Of a stretch of DNA of 64,000 nucleotides, positions 46,927 to 61,191 are shown piece after piece. The stretch spans positions 4,178,310 through 4,242,309 of the forward strand of contig CAVNZM010000008.1 of assembly GCA_963693365.1 (NCBI GenBank), in the 5' to 3' direction. The notes beneath the pieces were generated by a model. The model was not told the origin of the DNA. It did no database searches and saw nothing but the letters and a program-made list of their open reading frames with translations. The translations under genes were made by a program, and so were the position numbers. This DNA is from Amoebidium appalachense. Taxonomy: Eukaryota; Protista; Ichthyosporea. Each line of letters opens with the position of its first letter. The first letter of the stretch is position 1.

Positions 46927-48061
46927 CCCCCCGTTACGTCCACGAGGGGGCACACTGGGTGAGGAGTGCTGTAGGTGCCTAGTGTAAACGGTGTGGTTTT
47001 TCTTTCTCATAGAGAGAGAGAGAGTGTGTGTGTGTGTGTGTGCGTGTGTGTGTGCGCGCGCACACGCGTGTGTGCTTGAGTGTGCTTGTGTGTGTGTGGT
47101 GGTAGTTGGTGGTATTTTGTGTGTGTGATGTTGGGAGGGGGAGGGGGGGAGCGGGGAATGGGACAAGAAGAGATTTGTGCGTGCTGTTCGTGTATGTGTG
47201 TGCGCGAGCATGCACTCTTTATAACACATCTTAACCACCTACTCTCCCCCCCCCCCCCCCCCCCCCCCCCCCCCGCCCGATCGCTTCCCCCCCGTTTCGT
47301 ATGTTGTCTTTTTATGTCTCCACCTCCATGATTCCAACCTCTAATGCATACGTGATCCATCCCCCCCCCCCCCCCCCCCCCCCCCCTCTCCGTTACAGGC
47401 AGCACCGGCATCCACGTTTCTCCTGATGGTCAAGAGGCAAAAATCGACAATCTTCTTTGAAGTCAACAAAGTGGGTGTGAACTGTCTTATATGAATGATT
47501 ATTTAATTATTGTTATAATTATAAATGTATCTTTTACGGTTATTAACTCACACAACCCTCCCCCGGCTCCCCCTTCCTCTCCTCTTCTTCCCCCTCCCCT
47601 CTGCATGTCTGCATCACTACTGTGTTCCACATTCCCATTTGCTTTTACTCCTTTCTTGTGCAGGCGTATTGTATGTCTGTGTTGCGTGGTGCTTGGGAGA
47701 TACCTGTTTTGTACGGTTGGACAACTCGCACCACCACCTCCCCCCCCCCCTCCCCCCCCCCCCCCCCCCCCCTCTTCTCCTCCCGTTCTTCTCTTCCCCC
47801 CCCCCCCCCCTTCCCCCCCCCCTTCTCACATCGACCTCCCGTTCACATCCCCCCCCCTCCCCCCCCCCCCCCCCCCCCCCCCCCCCTTCCCCCCCTCCCT
47901 CCCGGTGCCCCTCGCTACCCCTCGCCTTCCCTACCTACCCATCTGTCTTCTCCTCTCTCTGTTGGCGTCCGGGAGGGGGGGGAAACCATTCCCAACCCAT
48001 CGCTTACCCCCACCTCCACCCCCCTCCCCTCAGGAGCTTTATTTGTTTTTAATTTTGCACC

Positions 48062-48160
<99 letters not shown>

Positions 48161-48483
48161 ATAGCCACCTCACAATTAGCGATTTATATGCCGACACCCC
48201 CATGCACATGCATGACCATGTACACATAGACCTTCACATAAATGCACACGCTTACTTCCATGTGCACACACCTGCAGAGACACAACCGTGACATGCACCC
48301 ACACTCCCCCACATGCTCTCTCGGCACGCACACTCCCCCCTTCCCCCAACATACACACACACACACACGGGCACACGTAGACACCCGACAAACACATCGA
48401 GTGCATGCACAAAGCATGTACCATCACTCGTGAGCCTTTGTTTGTCTGTCTCTTTGTGTGTGCGTGTGTGTGTGTGGCCAGGG

Positions 48484-48514
<31 letters not shown>

Positions 48515-48928
48515 AGGGAGGGTTCCCTGTGTTGGGGTGTGGGTGGTGCTGTGGGTAGGTGGTGGTGGTGACGGTCGGTGGGTGGGTGGGTGGGTGGGGG
48601 GGGATAAACAGGGTTTGTGTACGGTTACGCCAGAGGGGGAGGGGGGGGGGGGGGGGGGTATTGGGGTATCAAGAGAGAGAGAGGTTGCATGTTTCTGCCT
48701 GAGCCTCCTGCCCGCTTGCCCCTAACCTGCCTGCCTGCCTCCCTGTCTATGTGCCTGTTTCTATTGTGTGTGTTTGCCTGTTTCTAGCCATCAAGACCGC
48801 ATGGACACATTCTCACTCTTTTCTTTTTTTCATCCAGACCGACACAGTGGGCAGTCTGCGCAAGCAAATAGAGTTCATCCTCAAGAAGCCCCTGGAGGAG
48901 TTTGCCCTCGTAAAAGGTGCGCTTGTCC

Positions 48929-48964
<36 letters not shown>

Positions 48965-50184
48965 TGCGCGCTAAGCTCCACCACCACTACCTCAATCGCA
49001 TATGTACACACACACATACAGGTGTGGGTGCACGCATGGGCGTGTATGCACACACACACCCACACGCGCGCGCATACACGCACGTGAGGGAGCACACACA
49101 CGCACACATTCACACACACGCACAAGTACATGCACATTCACACACACACACGTGTGCATGCACCAACCATCCCCCCACCCCCCCCCACCCATCCCACCCA
49201 CCCCCTCCCTCTCCCATTTCTCACAAGCAGCCTCCACCCATCAATGTATGTCTGCACTCTGTTTAAAGCCCCCCCCCCCCCCCCCCCCTGTGGTGTTCAA
49301 GCACACAACACACACATACTCTCACCTTCTCCCCGTCCTACCTCCCCCCCCCCCCCCCCCCCCCCCCCCCTCAACCCTCTCCTCCTACCTACCTACCTCC
49401 CTTCTTCCCACCTTCCCTCCATACACACAAGAAGTGCACACAGATCTCAGCCATTCACTCGTGTGCACCCAACAACACGAATCCAAATGAACTTTCAACA
49501 ACTTTCAAATTCGAAACTGCGTGTCAAAGTTCAGGTAACAAAGCCCTCCTTATCCGAAAGCTCGAGCTTCAAAAAGATGGAAAATCCTATTAAAAAACTT
49601 CAGGACCAAATTCTAACATTACCCTTGTAAAATGTGCACACAGTGGAAGACGACACGAAGTTTCTTGAAGACGACAAGACGATGGAGGCACTGAAAATGG
49701 CCCCCGACGGTGTGCTTGGTCTCGTCTATAAGACAGGTAGGCATGCATGCATACATGCACGTGTACAGCGCATACAGGCACGAAGGCATATGTGCACGTA
49801 CAAAGGAACACATACATGCTCACATCATGCACTCACTTGCGCGTGCGCATGCACACACACGCGCATGCAATCGCTTACACACATACTCACCCACTCACCC
49901 ACACGCACACATACACACCGGACACGCGCGCGCACACGCACACGCAGTAGACACACATACACACACATACACACATTCATACACGTGTGCATGCAATCGC
50001 ACACACCTGCGTGCGCGCGCACACACACACACAGAGAGAGGGGGGGAGGGGGGGGAGAGAGAGAGAGAGAGAGAGTCTCAGAGACAGAGAGAGTTACACA
50101 CACAATCACCTCTCGCTTTTCCCCGAAAACTTGTCAACACATCCAGTTTGGACGTTGACACACACACAGAGAGAGAGAGAGAGA

Positions 50185-50216
<32 letters not shown>

Positions 50217-50598
50217 GGGGGGAGAGAGACAGGGAGGGAGGGGAGAGGGGGAGGCGGAGGGGGGGGGGGGAGGGGGAGGGGGGGGGAAGGGGGGGGAAGA
50301 GAGAGAGAAAGAGAAAGAGAGAGGGAAGAGAGTGAGAGGGAGAGAGAGCATGCACCATTACCCCTACCTTTCTCTAAAAACCTTTGCACACACAATTTGG
50401 ACGTCGAGAAAAATTGACTCTGTGACCAGTTCCGATTTTTTTGTTGTGCACCTTTTCTGTAACCATGGCTTCCGGAAGTCTCCGGTCTGTTCGAGAATTA
50501 GACTCCTTTTTTTTGTTTCCGCAGAGATGGGCTGGGAGGACCTTCAGATCGTTCCCGTCTCAGCACCCAACCCACTACCGGAGCCCGAGGCAGATTAA
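45835..50598 (+). CDS. ELOB: Elongin B-like ubiquitin-like protein, 5 coding exons
   Basis: ATG|GTGAGT at 45835; exons 47399-47470 (FLLMVKRQKSTIF), 48838-48916, 49644-49736 (LEDDKTM..LGLVYK), 50525-50598; phases consistent. Confidence 0.85.
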
Positions 50599-51823
50599 CC
50601 TTTGAACCATGCTCTGCGCGAAGAAGAAAGAAGTGGGCGTGGGTTAAAGTGATTATTAGTTGTTTGTACATGCATGTTTTTATTGAGGATTTTTGTTCAT
50701 CTTGAGTTTTCATTACCCGTGTGTTCACAATTGCCGTACGTGTGTTGAAGGTGGTTTTGTTGGTTTGTGTTTTCGAAGTAGGTGAATCCAGGGTGGTTAG
50801 CGAGTCATAGATGTGGTATAATCTGAGAGCCGTACGCTTTCTCAGAAGGATGGGTGTGATGTAGGTGTATTCTTATGCATGTGTTGGTATAGGAGCGGTG
50901 AGCACCTGTATTATGAGATAATTTAGCACTGTGATTTGATGATGTATTTTCACGCTACAAATGTACCGTACTGCTTACAAATGTACACATGTACGTAGGC
51001 ACGCACACAACATCATGCTGCAACACACACACCGTGGCGCACACAATCTCACACACATGTACACACACACACACACACGTGCACACACAAGCACTGGGAC
51101 ATTGAAACACTTGTGCTTATATGCTGTCAGTACCAGCATCCACACCGTGTCACCATCATGGAATAAAAAAACACACATCGTGACAACCTGTAAAGCACAT
51201 GTGGTGCATGTACGTTGCACATCTGCACCCGCACAGGCACACAGGTCACTGTGGCTGTCTGCCTGAGTCATTTGGTACAACCTATTAAGGAATTGTCGAA
51301 AATGTACGTGGTACCATAGGTTCTGATCAAGTCCCCCCCCTCCCCACACACACACACACACGCCACCAGGCCTAAAATAATGTATGTTCGGTGCGAATCA
51401 TTGTTCAACATGGGAGTCCGTGCCGCCCAAAAAGCAGGCAGCGAGAGAAATGAAAGAGAACGTGTCTGTATTTGCAAGTGTGATGGTTGTACGTTCCCGG
51501 GAGTTAAACCACGGGCCTCCTGAAGACATCGAGAGCTCGTGTGTACAGAGGGAGATTGTGTGTAAGATGTTTACCTGTACACGCGCACTTGTGAGCGAGA
51601 GAGAACGACATTGTGTGACGGTGTGTGGTGGTTCGCCCCACCACAAACACTTCAACCCTGCCCATATCACACAGAGACACCACCATTCCCACCATGTACC
51701 GGCTGTCTTGCACTTTATTCCTTCGGCACAACACACCAGTGCATGCACCATCCGCTTACCCCTCATCCCCTACACGCACTTGTAGCACGTGCACGAGGGG
51801 GGGTAAACATTCGGGCAGTGGTT

Positions 51824-54085
51824 TTAACCAGACCAGTTGCTGTCGGCGTTGGTGGTGGCAGCGCCCCATTCCTGGCCAGAGGCGGCACCCCACTCCTCGG
51901 TGGTGGGGGCGGCACCGAAGGACTCGGCAGTGACGGGCACGGAGCCAGCGCCAGTGGAGGCCGCAGCCCAGTCGGCCTCGGTACCGGCACCTGATTGGTG
52001 AAATGTCAGTATCGAAGGGTGTGATGGGTAAAAGGTCAGTATCAATGGGTGTGATTGGTGCAAGGTCAGTATCAAAGGGTGTGTTTGGTGAAAGGTACGC
52101 ATCAGAGCGCGCAATTGGCGCAAGCTCAGCGTGCCATCGGGTGGAGCTAGGTACCGATAGGTGTTGGATGGGGCTATAATACTGTATGTGTGATTGGTGA
52201 AGTGCAACAACATATCCCTTCCACCCCCTCAAAAAATATCCCCAACCACACTCACTCCCCCCCCCCCCCGCGGCCCAAAAATCCCTTCCAATCATACAAT
52301 GGCTCCCAGATGCAAGCAGACCGCTCCCTTCCTCCAGACCCTCCCCCCCCCATCACATACACACACACCCCGAAACCGCGCTTCATTTTTCCTCCCCTCC
52401 ATTAATTACTTTACATAGGCACCATACAACCCCCACCCCCTTTCCCCCCCAATTTCCAAACCCCCCCTTCCTTTCCCACACCCACAAACCCAAGACCGCC
52501 GCCCTCCCGTCCCCCCCCCCCCCAAAAAAAAACCCCCCCTCCAAAAACACCACCCCACGTACCGAAGTTGCCCTCCTCGAAGCCAGTAGCAGCAGTCTCC
52601 TCGTAGGGGCGGGCAGCGGGGGCCTCGGCAGCAGCCTCCTCCTTGTTCTCCTCGGCCTCGGGGTCGCGGTAGAAGTACAGATCGGGCATGATGTCCCAGG
52701 GCTGCTGGCGGGACAGGGTGCCGCGCAGGCGCAGGACCTCACGGGCAAGGAACCACCACATGAGACCGATGGACTGGCCGGACTTGTTGTTGCAGGGGAT
52801 GGCAATGTCCACGTACTTGAGGGGGGAGTCAGTGTCGCAGAAGGCAATCACGGGGATGTTCACGTAGGCAGACTCGGTGATGGCCTGGTGGTCGCTGCGG
52901 GGGTCCGTCACGACGAGGATGCGGGGCTCGCGGAAAGCCTGATGGGTGTGATGGTGTATGTGAGGAAGCATGTGTGAAAGACATTATATAAATATATAGA
53001 GAGAGAGAGAGAGAGAGAGAGGCACGGGTTGGTGGGTGGGTGGGTGTGTGCATGTAGGTGTGTATACGTGTATTGCTGTGGGCGCGAGTAGAAATACCAT
53101 GCGCTGTTATGTCGGTATGCATGTGCGTGTGTGTATGAGTGTGTTGAGGTATATAATAAGAGTACGTGCCAGCATGTGTGTGTGTGTGTGTGTGTGCGGT
53201 GATGATGGAGTGTGCGAGTGGGAACCCCCATTCGTGTAGTCGCTAGACATGTGTGTACGTTTGGGTTGCCAGATAAGTGGAGTTGAACGCAAAGGGTGTG
53301 AGGAGTTGTGTGTTATGACATGCCCTTGCGCATTTTGGGGTGCGGAAACATACGTCATGTTGCCTAACGTGATTGTGGGTGAGTAATGACAGATGTTTTC
53401 ATGCATGACATAGTGCATAAGAAGGTGGTGTGTATGTACGCATAGGGGAGTGGTATGCAGGGTTTGTGTGTGTGTGCGTGTGCGTGCGTGTAAGAAAGTT
53501 GTCGGCGGATGAAAACGAGGAGAGGAGCAAAGGTGAGTAAAAAGATGGATATGGCTCGTGTTCAGAGCTCCACCCATAGCCCCACCAAGGGGTTCACAGT
53601 GGCATGTTCCTGCTTTTCAGCACACCCTCCACCATGCAAACCCAGCCTATGCTTTTCTGACAGTAACCCGTGGAAAGAATGTCAAATATCCAACACCTAC
53701 ATACCCACATCCCACACACACGCCTTCTCATCCTTAACCCACCCACCCCCCCCATCTCCTTCCCCCCACCAGCTCCCACCCATCACCCAGCCACACACAC
53801 CTTGGTGATCTGGTTGGTGAAGGTACCGGGGGTGAAGCGGCCGGCAATGGAGGTGGCGCCGGTGTGGGCGCTGTACTTGAGGATGGCGCGCTGGCCGTAC
53901 TGGCGGCCAGAGATGACGCACACATCGGCGGGGTTCTCAATGGCAGCAATCACACGCGCAGCCAGCATCAGCTTCTCCCACGTCTTGTGGAGGTTGAAGA
54001 TGAAGATACCGTCCTGGCGACGCTTGAACACGTACTGCTCCATCTGGAAGTCGACGTTCTTCGTGCCGATGTGCACCTGACATCA

Positions 54086-54125
<40 letters not shown>

Positions 54126-55017
54126 ATGAGCACCGTGACATGAATGTAGTCCGTGAACAACGTTGACCGCGTTGTGTCTCCCACTCCCACTCCGAAAGGC
54201 TCCGAGGTCGAACCATACGTGAGAACAAAGAAGTGACCTGCCTTTTGCAAATGCTTTCTGTGTTTCTTAAAAGTGGATAGGTTTTGATTTCCGCTCTCTC
54301 TCTATTGTCTCAAGTCTCCCTAATAATTTGACGCAAGGACGTGTTGTGAGGTCACGACCCGTGTCTGCACTTCCCCGAATCAGTCCCATCGAACGAAGAC
54401 GTGAAGAGTGTAAATGGGGTTGTCGTCGGTGCTGAGTGAGAAACCCCTTATCGACATGTTTGTGTTCCGAGCTGGAAAATATAGACCCATATTCCACCTA
54501 AGTGCCGTCGGCAGGCATCAAGTGACATTTGGTTCGAGCAACAACGAAACATAGGTTGGTTGGCTACTTCCTTGCTGAGTGTCCCCAACTTTCGGATCCC
54601 ATGTGCTAGTAACAAGAGCTGAACTTGCTGAAATCGCGCCACACACACACACCGGTAGACAGTGCAGGACACACCAACCACAACACACAAGGTGCAGCGC
54701 CCGTGTGCATAGGTGGACCGACGATCACAGCAAACCACTGTCACTTATCAGGAACCTGATCTGGTCTGTTGCATGCACCGCATAACACAGACACAACACA
54801 CAGACACACACAGAGAGACACACACACGCGCGTCACAACACACACAGATACACACAGAGACACACACACGCGCGCGTGCACACACACGCACACACACACA
54901 CACACACACGCACACACACACACACACACACGCACACACACACACACACACCTTGGCCATCAGCATCTTGGAGACGTCATCCTCCGTGGGCTTGAGAATA
55001 GCAATTCCTCCGGACAT
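51824..55017 (-). CDS. RPSA: 40S ribosomal protein SA (uS2), 4 coding exons
   Basis: [57 protein letters not shown]; acidic Trp-containing tail. Confidence 0.97.
52005..52094. repeat. 30-bp imperfect tandem repeat, 3 copies, in an RPSA intron
   Basis: GTCAGTATC..GGGTGTG recurs at period 30. Confidence 0.6.
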
Positions 55018-56166
55018 TTTGTCGGTTTTTTATGGTTGACAACTGCTTTCAAAAAAAAGACGTAAGCATACGTTCAAGAAATTCGGTTGCTACATATCAT
55101 TCCCCAGTTGAGCCCGGCCGGCTACCCGCCCCTCCCCCCCTCGCTTCACACACACACACTAACCCCTTCCCCCCCCCCCCCCTCCCCCCCGACCCCGCCT
55201 CCCAGAAGAACAGGGGGAGGAGCTAATTTTGGTGATGCCGGAAAACCCGTCCCATCAATCGTCCTTGTTGTGGTAGACCCGTCCCAACAGAATACCACAC
55301 GCTGTTTTCTCCTGTGCCTTCCAGAGGCAAGGTCTTGCCGACCTTTCCCCCTTGCTCCTAATATATGAATCGCCATCCCATCGTCAAACTGAATTTGTGT
55401 GAATCGGATCCAATTCTCATTCCGAACCTGTGTTGGCCATCTTGTCGTATCGGTCCGCTCCTGTGCACCAACTCGAAACTCACTAAAACCCCCGTTTTCT
55501 CGACAAATATCCGTCTATTGTTTCTTGAGAGGCACAAAATCTCTGGATGGATGCGGATGCTACTCGGATACTATGGGATGACTAGAAAAAAGGAACTGGC
55601 CGTTTTCGTTTTCCGCCCCCTCACCTGCGTCCAACTGGAGGGTTGAGAGGAGGACACAGAGGCGCGCACAGCGCATTTATCCGCCTTGCTGCCGGACACA
55701 TGTGCGTATTTATTACTTTATATGGTTATACATGCAAGGCAACGGTTAGCTTTCGAAATTTCGCAATCTGTGTGCTAAATGTGATTGGATAACCACGCAC
55801 CACTTTACATTCCGATCGGCGGCCTGGAGAAGGGGGCTGCTGACGAACATGAACTCAGGCTGGGCGCTTCGTGCTTTGCTCCTTTCCTACATAATCTTCG
55901 CTCTCCTGTCTCCTGTTCATTGCCAGACTGCCGCTAGCGTACTACATACCTTAAATACACTGGTTACTGTCGGTTTAGCGCAATTACAGGCGTCGTTTAA
56001 TATACGTGACACGGTCCTCCCCCCCCCCCCCCCCCCCCCCTCTCCCGCTCCCTCGAGCTCGATTCCCCGATTTAGAGTGGTGCTCAAAATACGATGAACA
56101 GCCCCTCCGGATCTCCCCTCATACATATCCTTTGGGACCCATCAGTCCATCTACCCATCTGCCCGC

Positions 56167-56211
<45 letters not shown>

Positions 56212-56412
56212 GCGCCCCTTGCCCTGTCGCGCAGAGCTCCCCGTGCATTGTCCGAAGCCTGGGGGGAAGTTGAAAAACAAGGGGTATATACCGTTGTACA
56301 CATTTCACGTTGACGTTGTACATTGCTGAGCAAATCCGAGTCTCCTCCTTCTCCTCCCGCTCCCCCTCCCCCTACCTTCCCTTACCCCGGCCCCCCCCCA
56401 CCTCCCCCCCCG

Positions 56413-56477
<65 letters not shown>

Positions 56478-57110
56478 CGTAGGGACGGACACACACACAC
56501 ACAGGGGCCCAACCACATCGGCAGTCAACTTGTAAAAAGCTGGATTATTCTGCAAAGACTCGCCGCAAAAATTCTTATATTCCGCAAAAAGCAGAAGTGT
56601 TCTGCAGCTGCAGCGCATGCAAAGCAGAAATATTCTGCAAAAGGCAGAAATCAAAATTTAAGCATATTCATTTCTGCTTTGTGCCGAATGCTTGGCAGAA
56701 TGATTTTTTTATTATCAAAACGCAGATTATTCTGGTTATGGTTTTATTTGTGGAAATTATTGACATAAATATTTTTCTGGGTAAACACGTAGGATGGGTG
56801 TCCGATATCAACAGGCTTCGTTTCATGTTTTAGCAGTTCGCGTTCGGCTGCCCGCATACGGGCACCTATTAGCCGATCAAAGCATCAGATTCCACAGATC
56901 ACTAGACCGAGTTTGATTGGCTCAGGATAAGATTTCACATAACACTAGATCGGTTTTGATTGGCTCAGTTCGGCAGCCTTAGGTATATAAGCACGACAGT
57001 TTTTAGCAGATCAGCAAGCAACAACACATCCTCTGTGTTTAGCACCTACAGCTTTACAGCTATATTTTCTTTTTCTTTTCTTCTCCCTATCTTTCCCTAC
57101 GCCGGTCAGC

Positions 57111-57670
57111 ATGCCGCCGAAAAAGCGCCAGGCCTCAGCCGCCGCCCCTACCGCGGCACCTAAGCGCCTAACCCGCAGCGACCTCCGCCACAGGCTGACC
57201 AACGCATCACTCGCCTCAGCACCCGATACCCGTGGACCCAGATCCACAACTATGACGTATACGCCCGAACCGTTGCCCACCAACAGGGTCGGGCTCCGAT
57301 CGAGTGTCCCAACCTGCTCGCCCAACTCCACCAGGATCTCCTCCTGCCACCCACTCTGCTCATCCCGGACGCATGTCAGCGTTGCGGCTTCCCCGACCAC
57401 CCCAGCGCGGCCTGCCCCATGTACCCCAAGCCCGGCTGTGGTCTTGATGGTTTCGAGCCCCCCCACAAGCCCGGCGGGGGACAAACCCCCAACCGACCCG
57501 GCCCGCAACCCGGCCCGGCACCACCGGCCCGACCCGTGGATCTACCCGCAACACACTGCAGGAATTTCCACAACGGTCGGTCCTGCGCTAAGCAGCCCTG
57601 CCCCTTCTCCCACGTGTGCCCGCTCTGCTCTGGCACACACCCCCGCAAAGACTGCAAGCACAATGCCTAG
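57111..57670 (+). pseudogene. Gag-like ORF remnant with zinc finger
   Basis: CRNFHNGRSCAKQPCPFSHVCPLCSGTHPRKDC is out of frame with the MPPKKR start. Confidence 0.7.
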
Positions 57671-58047
57671 TCTACGCGCACACCCACACCCACAGATAGA
57701 ACATAGGGGCTAGGAGCTAGGTTACACGGGTCCAAGGACACGGAGCTCGGGAAAAACGGGGCACTAGGGCTGAGTAACATTTTTCGCAGGCCAACTACGG
57801 CGCCCGCGCGCGCCAAGAATAAATGTCCCTACACAAAGACGTTATTCTGGCCACTGCACATAAATTTACTCCCCCCCCATCCCACGAGCCTCCCCCCCTT
57901 ACACTCACCTAGCGCTCCCTCCCTTCTTCTAACTCTGTGTACGCCCACACCCGCGCGTGCTCGGGCATCCCCTGCACAGGGCCCCGCTGCCCTCCCTGCA
58001 AACCCTCCCTCGGGCCCAGCTGCCCTACTCTAACCCCCGGGGCCCTG

Positions 58048-58083
<36 letters not shown>

Positions 58084-58429
58084 ATGCCGGGATCTCCCCG
58101 AGGGTGCCCCACCCTTGCTAACCACCCCCTTCCCCCGAGGCTCAGCCCCGGTGGCCCGCCCGCTGCCCCAGCACCACGTTGACACCTCCCGCCTCTGGGA
58201 GCTGCTGGCCCCCCTACCCAGCCCAATCATTCGCCGCGCAGCTCATCCGTAACCAACTTCCCCGGACCCGACGACTCCGACCTTACCTGCAACCGGAGCC
58301 CTGCCCCTTCCCCTTCTGGGTCCACAAGTTCCTATCCCTTCCCCTGGGCTCACCCCCCCCCCCCCCCCCAGATCTCCCCTTCCGGAGCAACGCTGGCCGA
58401 TTGGCCCCCCACTTTGCTCCGGCCGAGCT

Positions 58430-59489
58430 GCTTCGTGCCACCACTACCCTGCAGGAATGCCAGGCCCTGAGTCTCAACCTCGACTCTCGGGCCTTTTACT
58501 CCAGGGTACAAAAAAAAAAAAAAAGTGTTCATCGATTTTTGTGGGGCATCTCGGCTGCAATCCTCCGCCGGGTCCTCCCTCCCGGCCTCCCCCCACACCG
58601 TGCAGCTTTTTCTCGCCTGGTGTGCCCAACGAGGGGTACAGGCCTCTTCCTTGGCCGGCTACAATTCAGCCATCACCAGACTCCACCTCGACATGGGCCT
58701 CCCTGCTCCCTACCCCCACGACAAGTCTCTGGCCTGGTTCTTCCGAGGGGTGGGCAGATGGCAGCTTTCTCACAACATCCGACCCCGATCATCCACCAGG
58801 GAGCCCCTCCTGCCCTCCCACCTTAGCCTACTCCATGGCCAGTGCCCCACCAAGGCCTCCTCGGCTAATCTACGGCTATGGACGGCCCTCATCGTCGGTT
58901 TCTGTGGTCTCCTCCGTTCGGGGGAATTTACCTCCAAAACCCTGACTTCCTTTGACCCGTCCCGTCACGTTAAACGGAAAGACGTGACCTTCACCTACAC
59001 CCCCACCGGTACTTTGTCCCATGCCACCCTCCACCTGCCAACCTCTAAGACGGATGTACAGGCCCGAGGTGTCAACGTCACTCTAGCTGCCCTGCCCCTC
59101 ACCCACTTCTCCCCAGCCCATCTCCTCCGGCAGTTCCTGGATACAACGTCCGGTCAACCCAAGCCCATCTCCTCCGGCAGTTCCTGGATACAACGTCCGG
59201 TCAACCCAACGACCCCCTCTTCAGTCTCGGTGGCATCCCCTACACCAAGAGTGCTTTCTCTGCCGACTTCCGTGCCCTCCTCTCCCGGGCAGGCCTCTCA
59301 CCCTCCCGGTTTGCCGGACACAGCCTCCGCATCGGGGGGCCCACAGCACTGGCTGAGGCCGGGGTCGACGACTCCCGGATCAAACAACTCGGCAGGTGGT
59401 CCTCCGACTGTTTCCTGATCTATACCCGACTTCGTCCGGCCTCCATTGCTGCCACTACCACACGTGTATTCGCCTCTATTCTTGAGTGA
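58430..59489 (+). pseudogene. Tyrosine recombinase, frameshifted
   Basis: LLRSGEF, SKTD, then HSLRIGG..LGRWSSDCFLIY in another frame; 47-bp tandem duplication at 59115/59162 and a poly-A slip near 58515. Confidence 0.9.
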
Positions 59490-60383
59490 AACCTTTGGAG
59501 CAAGCATACTGCTCTCGTGCCGTGGTTTACAACCATTGCAGGTTCACTTTCGTCCAAGGGGATGTCCCCCTAGAGGCAACACACGTCCCGGAGTAGTTTT
59601 CATAGAGGTTTTATTTGTGGAAATTATTGACATAAATATTTTTCTGGGTAAACACGTAGGATGGGTGTCCGATATCAACAGGCTTCGTTTCATGTTTTAG
59701 CAGTTCGCGTTCGGCTGCCCGCATACGGGCACCTATTAGCCGATCAAAGCATCAGATTCCACAGATCACTAGACCGAGTTTGATTGGCTCAGGATAAGAT
59801 TTCACATAACACTAGATCGGTTTTGATTGGCTCAGTTCGGCAGCCTTAGGTATATAAGCACGACAGTTTTTAGCAGATCAGCAAGCAACAACACATCCTC
59901 TGTGTTTAGCACCTACAGCTTTACAGCTATATTTTCTTTTTCACCCACCCACCTACACCCTACACTCAACCCCCATTGATCCCCACATACGTGCTGTTTT
60001 TTCACGGGGCGAAGACTTCCCCCGTTTTTTGGGCACAAGGACCTCACGGATCAATAAATTGATGACTGGGGGCTTGCCGTGGTTTACAACCGTGACCATT
60101 GCAGGTTCACTTTCGTCCAAGGGGATGTCCCCCTAGAGGCAACACACGTCCCGGAGTAGTTTTCATAGAGGCATCAGAATAAACTTGCTCCAAGCAGAAC
60201 TTGTGCAGAATAATTCTGATACAAGTGGCAGAATGATTTTCTGCGGAATATGTAGTCCTGCCTTTAACTTTCTGCTTCAAGTAGATAGTATTAATATTAT
60301 TTCGCTTTTTGCAGGATAATTCTGCTTTTGGCAGAATAAGTTGACACTGCCGATCTGGTTGGTCCCTCACACACACACACATG

Positions 60384-60423
<40 letters not shown>

Positions 60424-60444
60424 ACACAGACACAGACACACACT

Positions 60445-60475
<31 letters not shown>

Positions 60476-60619
60476 GCACACACACATACATGACGTGTGC
60501 ACGCGCGCGCGCATGTGTGCAAATCACCACATGTACATGTACATGTGTCACGGTGTGTGCTAAGCGTAAGTAACCGCGAACAGTGTGCATGTGTGTACGT
60601 GTACGTGCATGTGTCAGGC

Positions 60620-60672
<53 letters not shown>

Positions 60673-61105
60673 GTGTATGTGTGTGTGTGTCACAGTGTGT
60701 GTGTGTGTTTGTGCGTGTACACGTGTGTGTGTGTGTATTTGTGTGTTTGTGTGCGTGTGTGTGTGTGCATGCGTGCATGTGTGTGTGTGTGTGCGTGTTT
60801 GAGTGTGTGTGCATGTGTGCGTGCGTGTGTGTGTGTGTTTATTTGTATGCGTGCGTGTGCGCGTCCGCGCGCGCGCGCGCGTGTGTGTGTATGTGTGAGT
60901 GGGCGTGTGCGTGTGTGAGTGCGTGTGCCCGGTGGAGGGGGCAGGGGGGGGGGGGGGGGGGGGGGGGGGCTTTCTGGGTGAAGTTCTAGTTCAGCTATTA
61001 GAGGAGGCTTGCAATCCCCGGCCATCTGAATCTGAAAAAGTCGAAGGGTGCACCAACTTGAAGGAGAGAGCACCGGGAGAAAAGTCGGTGTCACTGTGTG
61101 CGCGT

Positions 61106-61153
<48 letters not shown>

Positions 61154-61191
61154 GGGGGGGGGGGGGGATTAAGAGTAGGCGCCAATCTTAC

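Larger units (their letters stand above)
56740..60171 (+). mobile_element. Ngaro/PAT-type tyrosine-recombinase retrotransposon with split direct repeats, RT deleted
   Basis: A1 56740-57075 = A2 59607-59942; B1 59518-59608 matches B2 60075-60171; order A1-ORFs-B1-A2-B2. Confidence 0.9.
56503..60367. mobile_element. Non-autonomous TIR element (MITE, ~430 bp) split by the YR retroelement
   Basis: AGGGGCCCAACCACATCGGCAGTCAACTT versus reverse complement AGGGACCAACCAGATCGGCAGTGTCAACTT; many subterminal GCAGAA/TTCTGC; (CA)n on both sides. Confidence 0.75.

Noticed and set aside
53540-53700. Possible intronic H/ACA snoRNA in RPSA
   Set aside because: Only a short hairpin plus AGAAAA and ACA words; not supportable without a covariance search
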